A stretch of DNA of 64,000 nucleotides, from contig DAJY01000098.1 in NCBI GenBank assembly GCA_002499015.1, positions 4,045-68,044 on the forward strand, given 5' to 3'. This DNA comes from Euryarchaeota archaeon UBA242 (GTDB lineage Archaea > Thermoplasmatota > Poseidoniia > Poseidoniales > Poseidoniaceae). Shown here piece after piece: positions 42,850 through 52,680 of the stretch (positions are counted from its first letter, which is position 1; the number at the start of each line of letters is the position of its first letter). Under the pieces are notes generated by a model. The model worked only from the letters and a program-made list of their open reading frames with translations, was not told the DNA's origin and did no database searches. The position numbers and the translations under genes were made by a program.

Positions 42850-44049
42850 ATGAGTGATATGAGTTATAGCGAATTACAAGCCATAAAGGCTGAAATTGAA
42901 AACTCTTTTGCTAAAAGCAAAGGACAATTATCTGCCTTATCCGACAGCCAACTTGGAGTTATTGCTGCCCAATATGGCATCAAAATAAATCCTTCAAATA
43001 GGATGCAAACGCTATCCCTTTTAGAGTCTAATCAATCTATTTTGGCTTGGTGCCAGTCTTTTTCCAAAGGCGATGTGGCTACTGCAGTCGCTGCGGCGGG
43101 TACTGTTGGAGTTGCAACTCAGATTAATAATTCAAAAGAAGAATTACAACAAAAAGCAACCCAAAATGCAAGGAATAAAATTGCAAATGCTTCATCATCG
43201 GTTGTGGACAAAATTGAACGAAAGGCCTCTAATAACCCCATGGTAGAAATGATGAGGAAAAATTTCGGACAATCGCTAATTCAAGCTGGCTATTCAGTTC
43301 CACAACTAACACAAATGCTTGATTCTGATGCTGATGGAATCATTACACAATCAGAAATAATGCTCTTAATTGTCAAAATGACTGGAACCCCGCCTCCTCC
43401 GTGGGTCGTCACCACAATCTTTGAGATATTAGATGCAAATCAAGATGGTGTAGTCACCGTTGAAGAATGGTGGGCGTTCTTAGAAGAAATGGGCTTCGAA
43501 AATAATGTCGTTACACCAGAACCCTCCCCCCCGGAGGCCCCTGTAGTTACAGTAGTAGAAGAAATACCTGATATTGATGAGACCTTTGAAGAAATTGACA
43601 ATACGGAGGAAGAAACACCTCTACAGCAAGTCGTTGAAAGTCCAATTCCTATTGCAGAAACTATGAATGTTGAAGATTCTTCAAGCGTGATTTTAGATGA
43701 AAATGTAAATACTAATAATGAGAAACTTATCAAAGAATTGTATTCTTCGCGATTGTCATCTGAAGAAAGAGTAATTATTGCAAAAGCCAAGAGTAGTATT
43801 TGTACCATTAAGGTCGAAAGAATTGAAAGAACTATGATGGTAACCGACCACTATCGCGGAGGACATTCGATTCTGGGAATACTTGATGGCGGACCATACA
43901 AGGTGCTGATAATGCTTCCTAAGAGTGAAAATGATGTAGTTACGAAGTTTTTGAAAGGAGATACCGTTGTGGCAGAGGCGAAAGTAATTTCTTGGTCAAG
44001 CGGTTTGAAAATAGCAAAGTTTGCTGGAACAGATGCCAAAAAAGCCTAA
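42850..44049 (+). CDS. EF-hand domain protein with acidic linker and C-terminal beta (OB-like) domain
   Basis: Canonical loops DSDADGIITQSE and DANQDGVVTVEE. Confidence 0.75.
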   Translation: MSDMSYSELQAIKAEIENSFAKSKGQLSALSDSQLGVIAAQYGIKINPSNRMQTLSLLESNQSILAWCQSFSKGDVATAVAAAGTVGVATQINNSKEELQQKATQNARNKIANASSSVVDKIERKASNNPMVEMMRKNFGQSLIQAGYSVPQLTQMLDSDADGIITQSEIMLLIVKMTGTPPPPWVVTTIFEILDANQDGVVTVEEWWAFLEEMGFENNVVTPEPSPPEAPVVTVVEEIPDIDETFEEIDNTEEETPLQQVVESPIPIAETMNVEDSSSVILDENVNTNNEKLIKELYSSRLSSEERVIIAKAKSSICTIKVERIERTMMVTDHYRGGHSILGILDGGPYKVLIMLPKSENDVVTKFLKGDTVVAEAKVISWSSGLKIAKFAGTDAKKA

Positions 44050-44050
44050 T

Positions 44051-45241
44051 TCAAAGTAATGCACGAGCGATCACAATACGTTGTACTTCTTGTGTCCCTT
44101 CATATATTTGAGTTATTTTAGCATCTCTAAAGAATCTTTCAACTGGGAATTCTTTGGTGTATCCATATCCACCTAAGACTTGAATCGCTCGTTCACTAAC
44201 CCACATTGCTGTATCGCCTGCGAAGAGTTTTGCCATGCTCGCTTCCTTAGAATGTCTTGGCCCACCATTTTCGTAATGCTGTTGTTTAGCCCAACTTGCT
44301 TTGTAAACCAATAATCGCGAAGCATCTATCCTGGTAGCCATATCCGCCAAATATGCCATTATCATTTGATGGTGAGCGATTGGTTTGCCAAATGCTTCTC
44401 TTTCATGTGCATACTTTAATGCGGATTCGAATGCGCCTTGAGATATACCTAATGCTTGTGCTGCAATACCAATTCGGCTATTATCTAATGCGTTCATGGC
44501 AATAGGAAAACCATTTCCTACCTGATTTATCACATTTTCAATCGGAACTTTGCAATCCTGTAAAATGAGAGTGCAAGTATCCGAACTCCTAATCCCCAAC
44601 TTGTCCTCCTTCTTTCCGACGGAAAAACCTTCAAAACTTGACTCTACGATGAATGCAGTAGTTCCACCGTGCCTCTTTACGCCGTAATCAGAATGGTCAA
44701 CATCTTTTGCAAACAATACAATAATTTTTGCTTGAACTCCATTTGTCACCCACATTTTCTCTCCGTTTAAAATGTAATGAGTACCGTCATCACTCAACTT
44801 TGCTTTGCATGTCATTGCTGCAGCATCGGTGCCAGCACCAGCTTCGCTCAATGAATATGCTCCAACTTCACCTTCGGCTAATCGTGGCAGATACTTCTTC
44901 TTCTGATGTTCGTTGCCATGTAATGCAATGGTTTTACAGCATAACCCTACATGAACACAGTACATTACTGCAAAAGAAGGGTCGACTCTAGCCAATTCTT
45001 CAATTATTATTGATTCTGATACATCGTCAACCGGTGAACCTCCATATTCCTCTGGAACAGTTACACCTTGGAGGCCGTATTCTAGGAATTGTTTCCACTC
45101 TTCGCTCGGGGCGATTTGGTTTTGGTCTCGGTGACTAACCGTGGGCGCCAATACAGTCTCTGCAAAGTCGCGAACTAAGTCCCTAATCATCTCCTGTTCA
45201 TCGGTTTGCGCGAAATCCATAACCCTACCCGTCAATGCCAA
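44051..45241 (-). CDS. Acyl-CoA dehydrogenase
   Basis: YSLSEAGAGTD, LNGEKMWVTNG, KLGIRSSDT, REAFGKPI, GGYGY and IYEGTQEVQR. Confidence 0.95.
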   Translation of the reverse strand: MALTGRVMDFAQTDEQEMIRDLVRDFAETVLAPTVSHRDQNQIAPSEEWKQFLEYGLQGVTVPEEYGGSPVDDVSESIIIEELARVDPSFAVMYCVHVGLCCKTIALHGNEHQKKKYLPRLAEGEVGAYSLSEAGAGTDAAAMTCKAKLSDDGTHYILNGEKMWVTNGVQAKIIVLFAKDVDHSDYGVKRHGGTTAFIVESSFEGFSVGKKEDKLGIRSSDTCTLILQDCKVPIENVINQVGNGFPIAMNALDNSRIGIAAQALGISQGAFESALKYAHEREAFGKPIAHHQMIMAYLADMATRIDASRLLVYKASWAKQQHYENGGPRHSKEASMAKLFAGDTAMWVSERAIQVLGGYGYTKEFPVERFFRDAKITQIYEGTQEVQRIVIARALL

Positions 45242-45341
45242 AGGGCCGGCTTTCTTAATCCGTTTGCACGATTAATTAAAATGCGATTCATCCATGTGTT
45301 GATATATGAGAATTAGTGGGCGGTTTCAAGGAGAATGCAGA

Positions 45342-45746
45342 ATGGATGACGATATTGTTGAATTTAGCATCGCACATAATAGAAAATACTCTACTAACCA
45401 CCTTTGGTATCAAGAAAAGGACGAAAGACTGATGATTGGTGTCAGCGAATATTTGGCTATTGAACACGGTGACGTTTTACGAGTCGTATTACCACAAACC
45501 GGATTGGAAGTAGAAGAATTTGGGGCTGATATGTTCTCAATTTGGACCACGGATGAAAAACTTTCATTCCCATCACCGTTCTCTGGACAAATCGCCGAAG
45601 TAAATGGTGAAGTAGAAATCAATCCAGATATTGTGAACGAATCTCCATATGACCAAGGATGGATTATCCTACTCGAACCTCACGAGATTGATTTAGAAAC
45701 ACTCTTGGAACCAGACGAATACATTGAATATATTTCTGAACTTTGA
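45342..45746 (+). CDS. Glycine cleavage system H-like protein lacking the lipoyl-lysine
   Basis: KYSTNHLW, IGVSEYL, SPFSGQIAEVN and PDIVNESPYDQGWI. The ESVKA motif is replaced by WTTDE. Confidence 0.8.
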   Translation: MDDDIVEFSIAHNRKYSTNHLWYQEKDERLMIGVSEYLAIEHGDVLRVVLPQTGLEVEEFGADMFSIWTTDEKLSFPSPFSGQIAEVNGEVEINPDIVNESPYDQGWIILLEPHEIDLETLLEPDEYIEYISEL

Positions 45747-45783
45747 GACAAAGGTGATACCCTACCATCAGTGGGCATTCAAT

Positions 45784-46356
45784 ATGGCGGATGCAATGCA
45801 ACGACTCCGAAGCAGTTTGCAGAATGCACCAGTTATTTGGAAAGGCGATTACCCATATTTCATTCACCCACTTACAGACGGAGTTCCTAGATTAGACCCT
45901 GAAGTCCTATCCGCAGTTACAGATTTGTGCTTAGAAGCGATAGATTGGAATAATGTGGATTTGATTATTGGTATAGAGGCTATGGGTTTGCCCCTTACCG
46001 CTCCATTGAGCATAAGTTCAGGAAAACCATTAGTTGTGGTAAGGAAAAGATCATACGGTCTTGAAGGAGAAGTAGTAATAGATCAATCGACTGGATATTC
46101 AAAGGGTGAAATGTTCCTAAATGATGTCAAGTCAGGAGAGAGAGTCGTCATTGTCGATGATGTTTTATCAACCGGAGGGACTATTCGGGCGATTATCAAA
46201 GGAATTGAAAAAACTGGTGCGGAAATAATGCACATCATAACCGTTGTAGAAAAGGGGTCTGGTTTGAAATTACTTCAAACCGATTATCCGAACATCAAAA
46301 TTGAATCTTTAGTTCGCCTTGAAATGGACGGAGCAAAGGTTGTAATTCTTGACTGA
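45784..46356 (+). CDS. hpt: Archaeal hypoxanthine/guanine (purine) phosphoribosyltransferase
   Basis: YPYFIHPLTDGVP, IEAMGLP, RKRSYGLEGE and VIVDDVLSTGGT. Confidence 0.88.
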   Translation: MADAMQRLRSSLQNAPVIWKGDYPYFIHPLTDGVPRLDPEVLSAVTDLCLEAIDWNNVDLIIGIEAMGLPLTAPLSISSGKPLVVVRKRSYGLEGEVVIDQSTGYSKGEMFLNDVKSGERVVIVDDVLSTGGTIRAIIKGIEKTGAEIMHIITVVEKGSGLKLLQTDYPNIKIESLVRLEMDGAKVVILD

Positions 46357-46423
46357 ATTAACCTTTTCAAAAAAGCATCCTTTGATGAAGGTGGTCATTA
46401 CCCCCCTGCAAATAGGGAACATC

Positions 46424-47533
46424 ATGGACTTAGACCATCACAATTTCGAACTGACTGAGTTAATGGAAAGAATCCGTACCAGTGATCATCGATTAATTGC
46501 TCTTCAACTTCCGGAAGGATTGAAAATGCAAGCCTTAGAAATGATGGATCAAATTGAAACTGAAACAAGTGCAAAGGTAATACTTGCAGCAGACCCATGT
46601 TACGGTGCCTGTGACCTTGTTCATGACAAGATGAAGAATATGGGTGTTGAGATGGTAGCGCATATGGGTCATAGCCAAATGAATATTGAATCTGGTATGC
46701 CAACATTATTTATTAATGTCACATATGATGGAGACCCTGAATTAACTCCAGTGATACCGTTCCTAGAAAATCACCTAGCAATGGCAAAGAAACGTCTCCT
46801 AGACCAAGAAAACCCTGTTGAACTCAGTACAGAAGATGCTCAAGAGAAGTTTTTAGATGCAGTTGGCCGCCTATCACCCCTCACAGGTACAAAATTGGGA
46901 TTGGTTGGTGCAATTCAACACTTGCATTTATTGCCAGAGTTCCAGGTCCGTTTAGAGAAAGCAGGTTATGATGTAATAATTCCATTAGGTGGGGCTCGCC
47001 TATCCTTCCCAGGACAGGTTCTAGGGTGTAATTATTCAGGTGACCAAGATGATATTGGACATTACTTATTCCTAGGCAGCGGTGATTTCCATCCGATCGG
47101 ATTAGTATTACACACTGGAAAACCTCTTGCAATGTTAGACCCATATAGTGGGGAGGCAAAAGAAATGTCTCTTCTAAGTGTTGAGAGAATACTAAGACAA
47201 CGCTTTGGACTAATTATGGCCTGTGATAACGCACAAAGTTTTGGAATCCTCATAGGTGAAAAACCTGGTCAGATGCGTCGCACTCTTGCCCTAAGGATGA
47301 AAAGAATGCTAGAGAAGCATGGTAAGAAAGGTTACTTGATGGCATTGGAACATGTCAGCCCAGAATTGATAGACTTCTATCCAGTTGATGCATTTGTTAA
47401 TACTGCATGCCCAAGAATCGCTATAGATGATGCAGTACGCTATAAAAAGCCATTACTAACTCCGTTTGAGTTAGAGGTCGTACTTGGTGAAAAGCAATGG
47501 GAACTCGGTTACCAATTTGACGAAATTCCTTGA
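46424..47533 (+). CDS. dph2: Diphthamide biosynthesis enzyme Dph2 (2-(3-amino-3-carboxypropyl)histidine synthase)
   Basis: QLPEGLK, CYGACD, HMGH, GQVLGC and TACPRI (three Fe-S cysteines). Confidence 0.92.
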   Translation: MDLDHHNFELTELMERIRTSDHRLIALQLPEGLKMQALEMMDQIETETSAKVILAADPCYGACDLVHDKMKNMGVEMVAHMGHSQMNIESGMPTLFINVTYDGDPELTPVIPFLENHLAMAKKRLLDQENPVELSTEDAQEKFLDAVGRLSPLTGTKLGLVGAIQHLHLLPEFQVRLEKAGYDVIIPLGGARLSFPGQVLGCNYSGDQDDIGHYLFLGSGDFHPIGLVLHTGKPLAMLDPYSGEAKEMSLLSVERILRQRFGLIMACDNAQSFGILIGEKPGQMRRTLALRMKRMLEKHGKKGYLMALEHVSPELIDFYPVDAFVNTACPRIAIDDAVRYKKPLLTPFELEVVLGEKQWELGYQFDEIP

Positions 47534-47625
47534 GTTGAAAAAAATAGAATTCAAAGCAATTTGCTTTTTCCCTTGCTTCAACTGCCCCTATGTTCAATAA
47601 CGGTTGACGAGAGCCTTCCCTTGTT

Positions 47626-48828
47626 ATGAGTAACTACCTTGACCGAATTGGAGCGGGTTTCGTCCTAGCCAATCCAGAGGGTCTAGATTTTGACTACATG
47701 CCAGATGAATTAGTCGGCAGAGATGACATTCAGAAGCAATTAGCGAGTAAGTTTTCAACCTTATCACATCCTGATGGGACTGGACGTGCAGTTATTACTG
47801 GCCCCGTGGGCTGTGGTAAAACAGTTTTAGCCGGAACATTTTGTAGAGATATTCAACGACATTTAGTAAATAAAAGGCAAATAAAGTATGTTCAAATAAA
47901 TTGCAGGAACGCATCCACTAGCATGCGAGTAGTCCAACGTATTCTTCACAAATTAGACCCTGGCCACCCAGATAGAGGCCTTTCTATGGGAGAATTGTTG
48001 ATTAGCCTACGAAAATTGGTTCGAAGGGATTCTGCTCACTTAATCGTTGTACTAGATGAGGTTGACCACATGTTGAGACGCTCTGGTGACGACCTTCTTT
48101 ACCAACTTCTAAGAATTGATGAGGACCAATCTGGAAAGGGCACATTATCTTTGATTATAATCAGCCAAGAGCAGGTACTAGACCTGTTAGAAACAGCTGT
48201 AATATCGAGGATGGGTAGTACAAATCATATCATGATCCCACCATATACAGTTGATGGAATTGAACAGATTATCAACCAGCGTGCACAATACTCCTTAGTA
48301 GGTGGGACTTTTTCGCCTAAGATTATCCGACTAATCGCAGAAAAGGCTGGCCCAAGTGGTGATGCTAGAAGAGGAATTGAACTACTTTCTGCAGCGGTGG
48401 AACGTTGTGAATTTAGGCAGGATGCGCAAAGTGTAAGAGAGATACTGGTTGAAGATATTCATGAGCCAAACGATGGTGTCGCGTTGCAAATAGGAGTCAA
48501 GTTAGAAGTTGTTGATGACCTTTCGGCACACCAAATGTTGGTTCTTCTAGCATTGTGCAGGAGATTAAAAACTGAAGAGACTATGTCGATGGGAGATGTT
48601 GAATCTCTCTATGCTGTAGTCTGCGAAGAATACGATCAGAAACAAAAGAGTCACACAACGATTTGGAAATATATAAAGTATCTAGAACAGCAGCAGTTGA
48701 TTGATTCTAAGGTTTCAAACATTAGCGATGGAAGGGGTAGGACAACCCATTTGAGCATGCCACATCACCTACCAGCGGACCTCTCAAGTCGCCTTGAATT
48801 GCTACTTCCTAAGCGACTACGACGCTAA
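47626..48828 (+). CDS. cdc6: Orc1/Cdc6 replication initiator
   Basis: YMPDELVGRD, GPVGCGKT, INCR, VLDEVD, GDARRGI and a C-terminal wHTH ending GRGRTT. Confidence 0.9.
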   Translation: MSNYLDRIGAGFVLANPEGLDFDYMPDELVGRDDIQKQLASKFSTLSHPDGTGRAVITGPVGCGKTVLAGTFCRDIQRHLVNKRQIKYVQINCRNASTSMRVVQRILHKLDPGHPDRGLSMGELLISLRKLVRRDSAHLIVVLDEVDHMLRRSGDDLLYQLLRIDEDQSGKGTLSLIIISQEQVLDLLETAVISRMGSTNHIMIPPYTVDGIEQIINQRAQYSLVGGTFSPKIIRLIAEKAGPSGDARRGIELLSAAVERCEFRQDAQSVREILVEDIHEPNDGVALQIGVKLEVVDDLSAHQMLVLLALCRRLKTEETMSMGDVESLYAVVCEEYDQKQKSHTTIWKYIKYLEQQQLIDSKVSNISDGRGRTTHLSMPHHLPADLSSRLELLLPKRLRR

Positions 48829-48901
48829 ATGTACTGCCATGCCTATGCGGTTAGCCTAAATATGGGTCTCTTGTCGGCGAGTTATTCTAAGTGGTGTGAA
48901 T

Positions 48902-49393
48902 ATGGCAGTTGGACAAAAAGGAGAATTCGTCGCCGTAGTCAATGATACAGATCCTGCTAACGGTGGCAGGTCTTATTCATTGAAAATTAGTGGAAATAAT
49001 CATGCTCAATTATTGGGCAGAAAAATTGGAGATATCGTCGACGGTATTTTCGTTGGAGAGGGAGAAAAAATTCTTTCCGGTTTCAAATTACAAATCACTG
49101 GTGGTTCAGATAAAACTGGAACCCCTCTTCGCCGTGACCTTGAAGGCGGTTCCCGCCAAGCAATTCTGGTCACTGCATCCACTGGATTCAAGGGCCACTC
49201 CCTAGTATTCAAGAGCAAAGGTGGGGAAAAGAAGCGTTTTCGCTACAAATTAGACGGACTACGCAAGCGTAGAAACTTCCGCGGTAACACTATCACCCAG
49301 GACACTCGTCAAATCAATTTGAAAGTAACTGAAGCAGGTAATAAGAGCCTTGCTGACATAACTTCTTCTGGAAGCGAAGAAGCAGCGGAGTGA
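48902..49393 (+). CDS. rps6e: 30S ribosomal protein S6e
   Basis: LGRKIGD, LQITGGSDKTGTP and GLRKRRNFRGNTI...QINLK. Confidence 0.93.
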   Translation: MAVGQKGEFVAVVNDTDPANGGRSYSLKISGNNHAQLLGRKIGDIVDGIFVGEGEKILSGFKLQITGGSDKTGTPLRRDLEGGSRQAILVTASTGFKGHSLVFKSKGGEKKRFRYKLDGLRKRRNFRGNTITQDTRQINLKVTEAGNKSLADITSSGSEEAAE

Positions 49394-49432
49394 AACCCGA
49401 GAGGGATTTCGTGAATTGAGGAGTAGGGAAGA

Positions 49433-50671
49433 ATGGCAAGAACGCTTCCTTCTCAACCTGAAATCAACATTGGTCTTGTAGGTCATGTTGACCATGGAAA
49501 AACAACTCTAACTCAAGCTCTTTCTGGAGTTTGGACCGATACCCATTCAGAAGAAAGAAAGCGCGGTATTTCAATAAAGTTAGGATATGCTGACACAGCA
49601 TTCTACAAAACCAAAGAAGGACAATACTACGCAACAGGTCGAAGGCCTGATGGCGGAGATGATATTGAAAATGAACTACAAAGAGTTGTTTCCTTCGTGG
49701 ATGCACCTGGTCACGAGACTTTGATGGCAATAATGATCACTGGAGCATCTATTATGGATGGAGCACTGTTGATGGTTGCTGCTAATGAGACATGTCCGCA
49801 GCCTCAAACCAGGGAACATCTAATGGCTTTGGAAATCGCAGGGATTGAAAATATTGTTATCGTTCAAAATAAAATTGATTTAGTAAGTAAAGAACGTGCA
49901 TTAGAGTCTTACCAAGAAGTTAAGTCTTTTTTGAAAGGTACAATTGCAGAAAACGCCCCTGTAATTCCTGTTTCAGCCCATCATGATGTCAATCTTGATA
50001 TCCTAATCGATGCTATTGAACAAACAATTCCAACTCCTGACCGTTCAAAGGACAAGCGTTCTATCATGTATGTAGCACGCTCTTTTGACATCAACCGACC
50101 TGGAACACGCCCAAGTAAACTACAAGGCGGAGTTATTGGAGGAAGTATAGTTGAAGGTGAATTCAATGAAGGTGATGAAGTAATAATTGGACCCGGGCGT
50201 AAAATTGAGAAGGGTAACAAATCTACATGGGAACCGATTGAAGCGGTTATTAGCAGTATGCAAGGTGGTGGATTGAATTTGAAAACTATGCATGCTGGCG
50301 GCCTGTGTGGTATGGCAACTAAACTAGACCCGAGTATCACAACTGCTGATAATTTGAGCGGACAAGTCGTTGCCAAGAAGGGAGATTTACCTGAAGTACG
50401 CTACAGAATCGAGATTTCTGTTAATCTAATGGATACTATGGTGGCTGGAGAAGGTGAAAAACCTGAGAAGATACAGCCACTACGCAATAACGAAATGTTG
50501 ATGCTAAATGTCGCTACTGCAACATCGGTTGGAGTAACTAAGAATGCTGAGAAAACACGTACTGGTCTTGAATTAAGACTTCCAATTTGTGCTGATGTAG
50601 GTCAAAGAGTTTCTTTGTCCCGCCGTGTCGGTTCACGCTGGAGACTAATTGGCTACGGAACGATACAATAA
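49433..50671 (+). CDS. eif2g: Translation initiation factor 2 gamma subunit
   Basis: QPEINIGLVGHVDHGKT, RGISIKLGYAD, DAPGHE, NKID and WRLIGYG. Confidence 0.97.
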   Translation: MARTLPSQPEINIGLVGHVDHGKTTLTQALSGVWTDTHSEERKRGISIKLGYADTAFYKTKEGQYYATGRRPDGGDDIENELQRVVSFVDAPGHETLMAIMITGASIMDGALLMVAANETCPQPQTREHLMALEIAGIENIVIVQNKIDLVSKERALESYQEVKSFLKGTIAENAPVIPVSAHHDVNLDILIDAIEQTIPTPDRSKDKRSIMYVARSFDINRPGTRPSKLQGGVIGGSIVEGEFNEGDEVIIGPGRKIEKGNKSTWEPIEAVISSMQGGGLNLKTMHAGGLCGMATKLDPSITTADNLSGQVVAKKGDLPEVRYRIEISVNLMDTMVAGEGEKPEKIQPLRNNEMLMLNVATATSVGVTKNAEKTRTGLELRLPICADVGQRVSLSRRVGSRWRLIGYGTIQ

Positions 50672-50722
50672 CCGTGCCAACAAACGCACATTTCATCAAA
50701 GATTGCTGTTCAGCAGTGAAAT

Positions 50723-51097
50723 GTGCAGAGAATAATTGTTGATGCGTGCGGCTGGGTTGCTGTGATTGATGCTGGTATCAATATTGATGGAGCATTGATG
50801 CAGTTAGTGGGACCGAGTCAACTTCTATTATTACCTGATGTTGATAAGGAATTAGACAAGGTTAATTCCCAGCGCTCTAAGAAAAAGTCACTATTGCTGC
50901 CATTATTGAAGGCAAAAACAATAATGATCGATGCACCTGAAGATTCTGGGAACCATCCTGATGACCAAATATTCGCATTCGCAAAGAATGAAGGCATTCC
51001 TGTTTTAACCGTAGACAGAGAATTGAAGCGTCGACTTTTTGAAGCGGGAATTTCTGTAATAGAAGTTGCAAAAAATAAGAGATTGAACATGATCTAA
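50723..51097 (+). CDS. PIN domain protein (Fcf1/Utp24-like archaeal family)
   Basis: IIVDA, HPDDQI and LTVDRELKRR. Canonical position after eif2g. Confidence 0.82.
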   Translation: MQRIIVDACGWVAVIDAGINIDGALMQLVGPSQLLLLPDVDKELDKVNSQRSKKKSLLLPLLKAKTIMIDAPEDSGNHPDDQIFAFAKNEGIPVLTVDRELKRRLFEAGISVIEVAKNKRLNMI

Positions 51098-51337
51098 GCC
51101 CATGCCTAAATTAAAAATTGAAAGCGACGTGATTCAATTATTGAGGGTAACTGATTGATATATCAAAATAATAGCATGCGTTTATGGAAGACTCTTTCAA
51201 TTTACTGGAGGTAAATGGGATTAGATCCGAACCGGTTCAATAACCACTTCCCAATGTGATTAACCTAGGTTTCAAGAGCAATATTGCTAAGTGCTTGGCA
51301 TACCTACATCTTTACAGGAATGCTTGAAGATTTAGTG

Positions 51338-51637
51338 TTAAGGCAGGGTGAATAAGACATCATCGCCATGCCCGTCTAATAATCTTAATTTTATCGCTGC
51401 ATCTATCCAAGCATGAGCATAATTTATTGCTCCAAAGGCTCTTACTCGATCTCCAATATTCAAAAAATGATGCGCATCTGAGGAATAATCGTCTGCCATC
51501 CTCATCATTATCGCTAATTGTGCAGATTGGTCACTACCTTCAGGATAGATAGGGGTTGCTTTTTTCCTTGCTCTTTTTGTAATATCAAGATAATGCAATA
51601 CCCTTTCTTCCGTGAGTTCAATAAGTTCATCACTCAT
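51338..51637 (-). CDS. DUF357 family protein
   Basis: MADDYSSDAHHFLNIGDRVRAFGAINYAHAWIDA. Confidence 0.87.
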   Translation of the reverse strand: MSDELIELTEERVLHYLDITKRARKKATPIYPEGSDQSAQLAIMMRMADDYSSDAHHFLNIGDRVRAFGAINYAHAWIDAAIKLRLLDGHGDDVLFTLP

Positions 51638-52680
51638 TCTCCACCCTCCTTTTGCCTTTTTAATAGGCGCCGAACATCTTCTTTACGCCCAAGAGCACCA
51701 TACAGTTCCACTGCTATCGATAATTTCCCTTCATCTTCTGCATTTTGAGCTCGGATGAATAAGTCCTTTCTTTCATCCCAGTTTCTTGCCATTGCCGCCT
51801 CTGCTGCAGCCTTAAATCGTCCTTTTCGCTCGGACTGTGCTAGATGCGGTGCAGACCATTTACGAATTAACCCTGAACGTGTTGCTGTGACCATTGAATC
51901 TGCTGTAAGGCCAACGAGTAGGTCTCCTAAGTCCATAGAATCACCAAGGGTTTCAACATCTTCTTCCAATGTCCTTGATATGTGATAGAGGCGCCCTTCA
52001 ATGCCCAATACCCACCAACCATCAGCACTGTTTATTCCTTCCATGGCTTCAATTGAGTCTTGTTCAAGTCGGATCAAATCATCCCATCCGAATGGATGAG
52101 GAATACCTTGCCACAAACTACCATCGCTCGATTGTAATATGATTCTGCCATTTACTAATTCACTTGACCAACTCCAAATTCTGTCTTCAAGACACCTTTT
52201 CTTATCTGAACCGGTCAATCTACCGCACCAAACCCTTCCATCGCTTGCCTGCCACATCAAATGCTCTCTATCCAGCCAACCAATTAATCTCCTGACCATT
52301 CCACTGTCCATACGACGAATTCCTCTTCCCTCCTGAGAGAAAAGATGCATGTTTCCATCTCTACCAGATAAGACCCAACCTCCACCAGGCCTCGCTTTTA
52401 TTCGAGTAAATCCTCCAGGACTACTTCGGCCTTCGTGGAGTAATGAACCATCCCTAGTCGACATAACATAGAACCCATGTGCTGCTAATACTCCAAGAAG
52501 ACCTTGCCCACTATCAATTGCATGAACTTTGAATGGCATAACGACTGACCATCTTTCACTGCCATCATGCTCATAGAAAGATAAGTTTAATCCGCTACTA
52601 ACAACTAATCCGCCTTCGCTTGCTGCAATGGTCGAAATAATGCTTGGTGTTTGTTTGGACCAAGTGATTTCCCAAGCCAT
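51634..52680 (-). CDS. Beta-propeller (WD40/PQQ-like) protein with C-terminal helical segment
   Basis: Trp/Gly-rich blade repeats (GSERW, SGRDGNMHLF, QASDGRVW, ATRSGLIRKW) and a TPR-like helical tail. Confidence 0.68.
   Translation of the reverse strand: MAWEITWSKQTPSIISTIAASEGGLVVSSGLNLSFYEHDGSERWSVVMPFKVHAIDSGQGLLGVLAAHGFYVMSTRDGSLLHEGRSSPGGFTRIKARPGGGWVLSGRDGNMHLFSQEGRGIRRMDSGMVRRLIGWLDREHLMWQASDGRVWCGRLTGSDKKRCLEDRIWSWSSELVNGRIILQSSDGSLWQGIPHPFGWDDLIRLEQDSIEAMEGINSADGWWVLGIEGRLYHISRTLEEDVETLGDSMDLGDLLVGLTADSMVTATRSGLIRKWSAPHLAQSERKGRFKAAAEAAMARNWDERKDLFIRAQNAEDEGKLSIAVELYGALGRKEDVRRLLKRQKEGGE

Noticed and set aside
47534..47625. Origin (ORB elements) next to cdc6
   Set aside because: The gap is only 92 bp, with no TCCAxTxGAAA/G-string motif. 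The downstream gap also lacks one.
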